NCBI GenBank assembly: GCA_023264565.1 | Contig: JAHFLV010000004.1 | Coordinates: forward strand, 13,408-48,027 | Direction of reading: 5' to 3' | Source of the DNA: Candidatus Zambryskiibacteriota bacterium | GTDB taxonomy: Bacteria > Patescibacteriota > Minisyncoccia > Phycocordibacterales > DATGWK01 | Length of the DNA: 34,620 nucleotides | In this document: piece after piece, positions 28,024-34,620 of the stretch | Position numbering within the stretch: the stretch's first letter is position 1 | Layout of the letters: each line of letters begins with the position of its first letter | The notes under the pieces: generated by a model | The model's database searches: none | The model's input: the letters and a program-made list of their open reading frames with translations, nothing else | What the model was told of the DNA's origin: nothing | Program-made: the position numbers and the translations under genes

Positions 28024-29694
28024 ATGACACTCAAAGAAGAAATTAAATTATTTTTTAAGGGCGACGTGATGGGGGACGATGCGACCCTCACAACATACAG
28101 CCATGATGCCAGTCTTTTTGAAGTGCGCCCAAGGCTTGTAGTGTTCCCAAAAGATGCCCAGGACATCAAAGAACTCGTGAAGTTTGTGAATGAAAAGAAA
28201 GCCGCCGCAGAGGCCGGTGGTGCCGATGTTGACCCAGAATATCAGTCACTTTCTATTACTGCGCGTTCAGCAGGTACTTGTATGTCTGGTGGCTCGCTCA
28301 ACGAGTCAATAATTGTCGATTTCACCAAATACATGCACGGCATCAAATCTCTTACGAAAGAGCAGGCTGTCGTGTTGCCCGGCACTTTTTATCGCGATTT
28401 TGAAGTCGAAACTTTGAAACTCGGTGCGATTTTGCCATGTTTTACTGCGTCAAAAAATCTCTGTGCCTTGGGCGGCATGGTCGCCAACAATGCGGCTGGA
28501 GAAAAAACCCTGCAGTACGGCAAAATGGAAAATTACGTTATGTCACTCAAGGCAATTTTTGCTGATGGAAATGAATACACTGTGAAGCCTCTTACAAAAG
28601 CTGAACTCGACGTCAAAATGGCTCAAGGAAATTTTGAGGGTACTTTTTATAAACAGATTTTTGCTCTCATTACTGCAAACCAGGCAGAAATTATGGCGGC
28701 CAAGCCAAAAGTTTCTAAAAATTCTGCTGGATACTATTTGTGGAATGTGTGGGATGGAAAAACCTTTGACCTTACCAAACTTATTGTTGGTTCGCAGGGA
28801 ACTTTGTGTATCGTAACAGAAGCAACTCTCAAACTTGTGCCAGTCAAAAAGATTTCAAAACTGTTTGTGGTATTTATGCCGAACCTTACGCGCCTTGGAG
28901 AACTGGTAAACGAAATTTTAGCTTTCAAACCAGAAAGTTTGGAGTCATACGATGACAGCACCATGAAAATGGCCATGCGTTTTTTACCAGAAATGATGAA
29001 AACCATGCACGCAAGCAGTTTCTTAAAACTCATGCTGAGTTTTATTCCAGAGGTGTTGATGATTTTGACTGGCGGCATTCCAAAACTAATTTTGCTCGTG
29101 GAATTTGCGGGGGATAGTGAACAAGAAATTCACGACCACATGGTGGCACTCCAAAAAAAGATAGCGCCCTTTAAATTCAAAACTCGCCTGATTCGTTCAG
29201 AAAATGAATCCGAAAAATATTGGACGATTCGTCGTGAAAGTTTTAACCTTCTTCGCAAACATGTCCGCGGTATGCGCACTGCTCCTTTTATAGACGACGT
29301 GATTGTTCGTCCAGAATTCTTGCCAGAGTTTCTCCCAAAGATGCGAGCGATTCTCGACGACTATGACTTGCTCTACACAATCGCCGGTCATGCGGGTAAT
29401 GGTAATTTTCATATCATTCCGCTTATGGATATGAAGAAACAAAAGAATCGGGCGCTCATTCGCACGGTGTCAGATAAAATTTATGATCTTGTTTTGAAGT
29501 ATGAAGGTTCAATAACCGCAGAACACAACGACGGCATTGTCCGCACCCCGTATTTACCAAAAATGTTCGGTCCAAAAATCTATTCGCTTTTTGTTGATGT
29601 TAAAAATATTTTCGATCGAAAAAATATGTTCAATCCTGGAAAAAAGGTCGGTGGAAGTCTCGACTATATGGAGAAACATATCGTGAAGAGCTAG
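28024..29694 (+). CDS. FAD-linked oxidase (GlcD/D-lactate dehydrogenase-like), no fused Fe-S domain
   Basis: RSAGT, LGGMVANNAAG, GSQGTL, GHAGNGNFH, AEHNDG, FNPGK. Confidence 0.85.
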   Translation: MTLKEEIKLFFKGDVMGDDATLTTYSHDASLFEVRPRLVVFPKDAQDIKELVKFVNEKKAAAEAGGADVDPEYQSLSITARSAGTCMSGGSLNESIIVDFTKYMHGIKSLTKEQAVVLPGTFYRDFEVETLKLGAILPCFTASKNLCALGGMVANNAAGEKTLQYGKMENYVMSLKAIFADGNEYTVKPLTKAELDVKMAQGNFEGTFYKQIFALITANQAEIMAAKPKVSKNSAGYYLWNVWDGKTFDLTKLIVGSQGTLCIVTEATLKLVPVKKISKLFVVFMPNLTRLGELVNEILAFKPESLESYDDSTMKMAMRFLPEMMKTMHASSFLKLMLSFIPEVLMILTGGIPKLILLVEFAGDSEQEIHDHMVALQKKIAPFKFKTRLIRSENESEKYWTIRRESFNLLRKHVRGMRTAPFIDDVIVRPEFLPEFLPKMRAILDDYDLLYTIAGHAGNGNFHIIPLMDMKKQKNRALIRTVSDKIYDLVLKYEGSITAEHNDGIVRTPYLPKMFGPKIYSLFVDVKNIFDRKNMFNPGKKVGGSLDYMEKHIVKS

Positions 29695-29695
29695 G

Positions 29696-29723
29696 TTGAC
29701 ATTGCCCTGAAAACGTGTATTAT
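29696..29723 (+). promoter_or_regulatory. Sigma70-type promoter of the 29778 cassette
   Basis: TTGACA starts at 29696, separated by 1 nt from the upstream stop codon, then 16 nt and TATTAT. Confidence 0.6.
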
Positions 29724-29777
29724 ATACGCAGAACCGCAGCGTGTGGTTCTTTTGTACCTTGTTGTAAGGAGGCAACT

Positions 29778-30158
29778 ATGGACCTTTTGTCACAGCGTCT
29801 GCTTAGTCTTTTGGACCGTCAGCCCAACCCCACCTCGTTGGTGGTTGTCGTGTACGACATGATGTCGGCGGCAGGGCTCTCCGAATACCGGACCGATGAG
29901 TGTACCTCGTCAGTACTCGGTGGTGAGCTTCGGTGGGATTTCGACAAGGGGTGCTGGCGTTATGAGCATCCTGAATTTGGTTCGGACTGGTTGAAAATCG
30001 GCCTGGAAGGTCGCAATCCAGTCGGAGGTGCTGGTACCAGCATGGGGGTGGCATTCGTCTACGATCCGCACAATGTTTCGCATCGGATCGCGTACGACAT
30101 GTTCCTCGAGGAGCTTCAGACCGGGCTTCGTCTGGTTCGGCCGCCCTTGGCTGCCTAA
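29778..30158 (+). CDS. 126-aa hypothetical protein
   Basis: AAGGAGG SD at 29766-29772 selects ATG 29778 (MDLLSQRLL...). Visibly GC-richer than the flanks. Confidence 0.7.
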   Translation: MDLLSQRLLSLLDRQPNPTSLVVVVYDMMSAAGLSEYRTDECTSSVLGGELRWDFDKGCWRYEHPEFGSDWLKIGLEGRNPVGGAGTSMGVAFVYDPHNVSHRIAYDMFLEELQTGLRLVRPPLAA

Positions 30159-30186
30159 GCTCACAATATGTTCGCTGTGCTACTGC

Positions 30187-30209
30187 ACCCCGTCGGAGAC
30201 GGGGTTTTT
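30187..30209 (+). terminator. Intrinsic terminator
   Basis: ACCCCGTC-GGA-GACGGGGT-TTTT. Confidence 0.8.
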
Positions 30210-30297
30210 CTTTGCCAAATTTTAATAAAATCGGTTGTCAGGGCAGAAAACCGGCCGCACGTATTGATTTTTTATCAGTCTCGAATATAATAGCCGG

Positions 30298-30978
30298 ATG
30301 CTTAGCTTAAAAGTAAAGGCCCGCGATGTCGGGGAAAGTCTCTATAAAGTTCGTGACGAAGGCTTCATGCCTGCTGTTTTTTACGGCAAAAAAGAAAAGT
30401 CCACTCCGGTTTCTGTCGGAATGGCAGATTTTATGAAAGTATGGAAACAGGCGGGTGAATCTTCTGTTGTTGTTTTGAACAGCGACAAGGGTGATCTTGA
30501 ATCTCTCATTCATGATGTGGATATCGATCCAATCACCGAAATGCCTCGCCACGCTGATTTTTATGTGTTCGAAAAAGGTCACAAACTCGAAATCGACATT
30601 CCTCTGGAATTCGTTGGTGTTTCTCCTGCGGTCAAAGATCTCGGTGGTATTCTCATCAAAGTTCTCCACAATTTGAAGATCGAAGCAATGCCAAAGGATT
30701 TGCCTAAGAAAATCGAAGTCGATATTTCTTCTCTTACATCTTTCGACAGCCAGATCGCTGCAGGCAGCATTAAGCTCCCAGAAGGCGTAACTCTTATTGA
30801 AGACGCAGCCGAAGTCATTGCTCTCGTTTCTGAACCAAAAGAAGAAGTTGAAGAAGTTGCAGCTCCAGTGGACCTCTCAGCAATCGAAGTCGAGAAGAAG
30901 GGTAAGAAAGAAGAAGAGGGTGAAGAAGGTGCCGCTGCTCCAGCAAAAGGCGAAAAAGCCGAAAAGTCAGACAAATAA
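30298..30978 (+). CDS. rplY: 50S ribosomal protein L25 (CTC-type, long form)
   Basis: PAVFYG, HADFY, IPLEFVG, GGIL and an acidic tail. Confidence 0.93.
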   Translation: MLSLKVKARDVGESLYKVRDEGFMPAVFYGKKEKSTPVSVGMADFMKVWKQAGESSVVVLNSDKGDLESLIHDVDIDPITEMPRHADFYVFEKGHKLEIDIPLEFVGVSPAVKDLGGILIKVLHNLKIEAMPKDLPKKIEVDISSLTSFDSQIAAGSIKLPEGVTLIEDAAEVIALVSEPKEEVEEVAAPVDLSAIEVEKKGKKEEEGEEGAAAPAKGEKAEKSDK

Positions 30979-30986
30979 AACTACAT

Positions 30987-31048
30987 AAAAAATCCAATCT
31001 TCTTTTTCCGCTTCGGCTAACCGCTACAAAAGAAGATTGGATTTTTTT
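30987..31048 (+). terminator. Long terminator-like hairpin with a 21-nt loop
   Basis: 20-bp perfect stem AAAAAATCCAATCTTCTTTT/AAAAGAAGATTGGATTTTTT. Confidence 0.8.
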
Positions 31049-31106
31049 ATTATACGCGTGAGTAAGTACACGGTGCCTCGTTCGTCTCACATGATATAGT
31101 ATGCAT

Positions 31107-32501
31107 ATGCGTTTTTTCCAAAAAAGAGCTTTGGTTTTTTTGTCAGCAATACTTCTCATTGCTTTCTCTTTTACTACCTATTTTTCTGCTCTTTCTGCGA
31201 TAGCGGCGACCAAAACAATTCCAGCCTCTACAAGTGCTTCAGACACTGCTGACCGCGAAGCCGCTCTTCGTGCCGAGCTCGCAAAGACCGAAGCTGAAAT
31301 TGCTCAATGGACAGTTGTGCTCGACGCTAAGCGAAAAGAGACTGGCTCCATAGAACGCGACGCCGCTATTTTGGCTGCAAAAATCGAGCAGGCAAAGCTC
31401 GTTATTAAGGCAAAAAATTTAGCCATCCAAACACTCGGTAAAGATATTACTCAAAAAGAACAAACTATCGGCCAGCTGAATTCTAAAATTGCTCGTGGAA
31501 AGGAGTCGCTTTCAGAGCTTATTAGAAAAACCAATGAAATCGATGAATATTCGGTTGTCGAAGTTGCTCTTTCTGACAAAAAACTTTCTGACTTTTTCTC
31601 TGACGTAGATGCGTATAATTCAATTAAGCTTTCGATGCAGGATTTGTTTGCCGATGTGCGTACTGCAAAAAGCCAGACTGAAACCGAAAAGGCTGTTTTA
31701 AATTCGAAAAAAAATCAGGAAACTGATGCAAAGGCGGTAATCGAAACTCAAAAAAGTAGCGTTGAAAAAACCGAAGCTGAAAAACAGGCTTTGCTCAAAA
31801 TCAGTAAAACTCAGGAAAAATCATATGAGCAAGTCTTGGCGGATCGTCAGCAAAAGGCCGCCCAAATTCGTTCTGCCCTTTTTGCTCTCCGAGACACCGC
31901 AGCGATTCCATTCGGCACAGCGTTGACCTATGCCAATGCTGTTTCAAAAAAAACCGGCGTTCGACCAGCATTTATTTTGGCGATTTTGACTCAAGAATCC
32001 GACCTCGGACGAAACGTTGGTCAATGTTACGTCAAAGATCCAAAGACCGGTGATGGTGTTGGTAAAAATACAGGTACACCGTTCAAAGGTATTATGCATC
32101 CGACCCGTGATGTACCTATTTTCCTTGCGATTGCTCAGCGACTTGGTTTCGATCCATTCAGCCAGCCGGTTTCATGTCCGCAGCCAGGTGGTTACGGTGG
32201 TGCAATGGGTCCATCACAGTTTATTCCTTCAACCTGGGTTACATACGAAGCGCGCATTGCTGCCGCGAACGGTATCAAAACTCCAAACCCATGGGATCCA
32301 AAGGATGCGTTTATGGCAACCGGTCTTTTCTTGGCTGATTTGGGTGGTGTGAACGGCAGCTATACCGCAGAACGTGAAGCCGCAGGCCGATACTATGCCG
32401 GTGGTGCCTGGGCAACCCGTGGTTTGGCGTATGCCGACAGTGTGTTGAATCATGCAAAAGTCATCCAAGAGACAATGATTGACCCACTTCAGGGCCTCTG
32501 A
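31107..32501 (+). CDS. Secreted coiled-coil protein with C-terminal MltB-like lytic transglycosylase domain
   Basis: Signal peptide, long coiled coil, AILTQES catalytic Glu, GAMGPSQFIPSTW. Start is 31101 or 31107. Confidence 0.85.
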   Translation: MRFFQKRALVFLSAILLIAFSFTTYFSALSAIAATKTIPASTSASDTADREAALRAELAKTEAEIAQWTVVLDAKRKETGSIERDAAILAAKIEQAKLVIKAKNLAIQTLGKDITQKEQTIGQLNSKIARGKESLSELIRKTNEIDEYSVVEVALSDKKLSDFFSDVDAYNSIKLSMQDLFADVRTAKSQTETEKAVLNSKKNQETDAKAVIETQKSSVEKTEAEKQALLKISKTQEKSYEQVLADRQQKAAQIRSALFALRDTAAIPFGTALTYANAVSKKTGVRPAFILAILTQESDLGRNVGQCYVKDPKTGDGVGKNTGTPFKGIMHPTRDVPIFLAIAQRLGFDPFSQPVSCPQPGGYGGAMGPSQFIPSTWVTYEARIAAANGIKTPNPWDPKDAFMATGLFLADLGGVNGSYTAEREAAGRYYAGGAWATRGLAYADSVLNHAKVIQETMIDPLQGL

Positions 32502-32522
32502 TATAGTATCCAGCACAAATAT

Positions 32523-32825
32523 ATGAAAGCAGAAATTCACCCAACATATTTTCCAAAAGCGACCGTAGAATGCGCATGCGGCAACAAATTCACCGTTGGC
32601 TCTTCAAAAGAGTCTATTCGAGTTGAAATCTGCAGCAAATGCCATCCTTTTTACACAGGTCAGGAAAAGAGTCTCGACAGCGCCGGCCGAGTTGAAAAGT
32701 TCAAGAACCGCCGAGCTGCAGCCGCTCCAAAGGTCTCAAAGAAAAACGCAGAAGTCGTTTCTTCTACTCCAGAACAAACTCCATCTGATGCTTCAGCTTC
32801 AAACGCGCAGGAATCTGCAGCGTAA
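32523..32825 (+). CDS. rpmE: 50S ribosomal protein L31 (Zn-binding type) with C-terminal extension
   Basis: [29 protein letters not shown]. Confidence 0.96.
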   Translation: MKAEIHPTYFPKATVECACGNKFTVGSSKESIRVEICSKCHPFYTGQEKSLDSAGRVEKFKNRRAAAAPKVSKKNAEVVSSTPEQTPSDASASNAQESAA

Positions 32826-33823
32826 TGAACCTCGATAGTTTTAAACAAAATTCCAAGACCTCGTTTCTTGCTGAACTTTACTCTAAGCTCGAAAAAGAAG
32901 AGGCAGAAGTAAAAAAGATGGCCGAATCCGACCCGTCTTTTGTCGAACTTTCTAAAGATGAACTCGAAAGCATTGTTGCTCAAAAAGAGTCACTCATGAC
33001 TCAAATGAAGGAAATTGTGGCCAAGGACTTTGCCGAAGAAGAATTTCCAAATGAAATCATTCTGGAAGTTCGCGCAGGTGCCGGTGGCGACGAAGCGGCC
33101 CTTTTTGCGGAAAAATTGGCTACTATGTACCGCCGATATGCCGAACGTCGCGGTTGGACTGCTCGAGTGTTGGAAGAGGCGAAAAATAGCCTTGGTGGCT
33201 ACAAAGAAGCTTCTTTTGAAATAAAAGGAAAGGGAGTCTACAAAGATTTACGATACGAATCCGGCGTGCATCGCATTCAGCGCGTTCCAGCGACCGAAAA
33301 GTCTGGACGAGTTCATACATCTACTGCGTCAGTAGCGATTTTGCCTATTCGCAAGAAAACCAAAATCGAAATCAATCCAGCGGACATCGAAATGGAATTT
33401 TCACGATCGGGCGGCGCTGGCGGTCAGAACGTCAACAAAGTCGAAACTGCGGTCCGCTTGATTCACAAACCAACTGGTATTGATGCAAAATGTACGTCTG
33501 AACGCAGTCAGTCTGCCAACCGTGAAAAGGCTATGCAGGTTTTGCAGGCTAAACTCGACGTCGCTCATCAGGAAGCTGAGGCAAAAAAACATTCAGCAGA
33601 GCGAAAGGATCTTGTCGGTACCGCTGACCGTTCTGAAAAAATCCGTACCTACAACATTTTGCAGGATCGAATTACCGACCATCGTTTGAAAGAGTCATGG
33701 CACAATATCGAAAATATTTTTGCCGGGGACATGGATGCGATTATTGAAAGCTTGCAGGAGCGAAGTGCTGGGAAGGGGATTTCTTCTGGTGAGGGAGGTG
33801 AGGTGGAAGGCGATAGCGAATAA
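32825..33823 (+). CDS. prfA: Peptide chain release factor 1
   Basis: PAT stop-recognition motif, [12 protein letters not shown]. Overlaps the rpmE stop (TAATG). Confidence 0.93.
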   Translation: MNLDSFKQNSKTSFLAELYSKLEKEEAEVKKMAESDPSFVELSKDELESIVAQKESLMTQMKEIVAKDFAEEEFPNEIILEVRAGAGGDEAALFAEKLATMYRRYAERRGWTARVLEEAKNSLGGYKEASFEIKGKGVYKDLRYESGVHRIQRVPATEKSGRVHTSTASVAILPIRKKTKIEINPADIEMEFSRSGGAGGQNVNKVETAVRLIHKPTGIDAKCTSERSQSANREKAMQVLQAKLDVAHQEAEAKKHSAERKDLVGTADRSEKIRTYNILQDRITDHRLKESWHNIENIFAGDMDAIIESLQERSAGKGISSGEGGEVEGDSE

Positions 33824-33828
33824 TTTTT

Positions 33829-33863
33829 AAAAAAGAAAGCCCCTTGATGTTATCTCGGGGCTT
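33829..33863. terminator. Terminator between convergent prfA and the unknown ORF
   Basis: A tract plus AAGCCCC...GGGGCTT. Confidence 0.55.
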
Positions 33864-33875
33864 GTGATTTGAATC

Positions 33876-34223
33876 TCATTCTTGTTTTCGGGCTAAACCG
33901 TACGAAAGAAGTGCCTTGACGGCTCTGACTGCTGCGAGCACATCCTCTGCTGACTTGGGGACGTCGAGTGTCACGGATTGAATGTTGTATTGACCCCAAT
34001 GCGGTAGGAACTCAACTTGTACTCCTTCGATCTTGTATCGGCGAGGTAGTTTGTACCTATCGTCACGATCCTCACCGCGTTCCCAGGCTGTAACCGTGCC
34101 CAGTTTTGTGAGCATTTTGACTACCTCAACATTGCGTTTCCATGCCCGGGGGTTGCTGAGGTGGGGCTCTTTTGGCCACACGATCTTGTCCATGTCCCTG
34201 CCTGCGTCTGTCGGGTTTGCCAT
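33876..34223 (-). CDS. 115-aa hypothetical protein
   Basis: AGGAG SD (34231-34235) and own promoter. Confidence 0.65.
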   Translation of the reverse strand: MANPTDAGRDMDKIVWPKEPHLSNPRAWKRNVEVVKMLTKLGTVTAWERGEDRDDRYKLPRRYKIEGVQVEFLPHWGQYNIQSVTLDVPKSAEDVLAAVRAVKALLSYGLARKQE

Positions 34224-34293
34224 CGTTGATCTCCTAAATTATGGGTGAGAGTGCAGATGAGGAAAGAGCGAGGTGCTCCAAACGTCTGAATAT

Positions 34294-34322
34294 AGAATAA
34301 AATAAAGTATTAGTTTTGTCAA
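34294..34322 (-). promoter_or_regulatory. Sigma70-type promoter of the 33876-34223 cassette
   Basis: Minus strand TTGACA-17nt-TATTCT. Confidence 0.6.
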
Positions 34323-34435
34323 ATTTTATATTCCATATCCTGCACTCAAAATGACGACTTTGCTGCCTGTTTGCAAAAAACCACCCATTTTGTTAGACTT
34401 CCCAAGCGTTTTCTAAGGAAACGCCTTTTAATTTA

Positions 34436-34620
34436 ATGACAACAGAAACTACAAAAAACAAAGATTCAGCTATCGTCACCGAGCTTTTTAAGGTCGGTGC
34501 ACATTTCGGTTTTGTTAAATCAAGGCGCCATCCTTCTACTAAGCCATTTATTTTCGGTGTTAAGAACCGTATCGAAATCTTCGACCTCGAAAAGACCATC
34601 AAGACTCTCGAAGTCGCGCT
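34436..34620 (+). CDS. rpsB: 30S ribosomal protein S2 (partial, runs off window end)
   Basis: Manual translation: MTTETTKNKDSAIVTELFKVGAHFGFVKSRRHPSTKPFIFGVKNRIEIFDLEKT. Confidence 0.92.
   Translation, partial: MTTETTKNKDSAIVTELFKVGAHFGFVKSRRHPSTKPFIFGVKNRIEIFDLEKTIKTLEVA

Noticed and set aside
26769..29703. Integron cassettes (GTT at the start of the two GGTTGACATT junctions)
   Set aside because: GTTGACA does not match GTTRRRY, and no attC-like structures, cassette array or intI are visible.

Overview
A compact bacterial chromosome segment. Gene content and order point by inference to Patescibacteria/CPR (Parcubacteria-like), using the standard code 11. Housekeeping genes: partial response regulator, uppP, rnj, a lone family-5 solute-binding protein, secG, groES-groEL, lemA-htpX, tRNA-Ser(GGA), an RRM protein, DUF192, a class I ribonucleotide reductase with class Ic (Mn/Fe) signatures, a gap-rpiB-rpe-split transketolase-pfkB-fba sugar-phosphate cluster, an FAD-linked oxidase, rplY, a coiled-coil lytic transglycosylase, rpmE, prfA and partial rpsB. 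There is also a large secreted NHL/Ig/peptidoglycan-binding protein. The most striking unexplained structure is a two-tier expression grammar. Many core genes appear leaderless (-10 box 6-8 nt before the ATG) or lack a Shine-Dalgarno (SD) site. In contrast, six small unrecognisable ORF cassettes scattered between them each carry a -35/-10 promoter, a strong SD and a terminator. Also present: a near-identical 21-nt motif in the loops of two unrelated hairpins 29 kb apart, and two long inverted-repeat-bounded intergenic elements. No CRISPR array, transposase, integrase or rRNA was seen.
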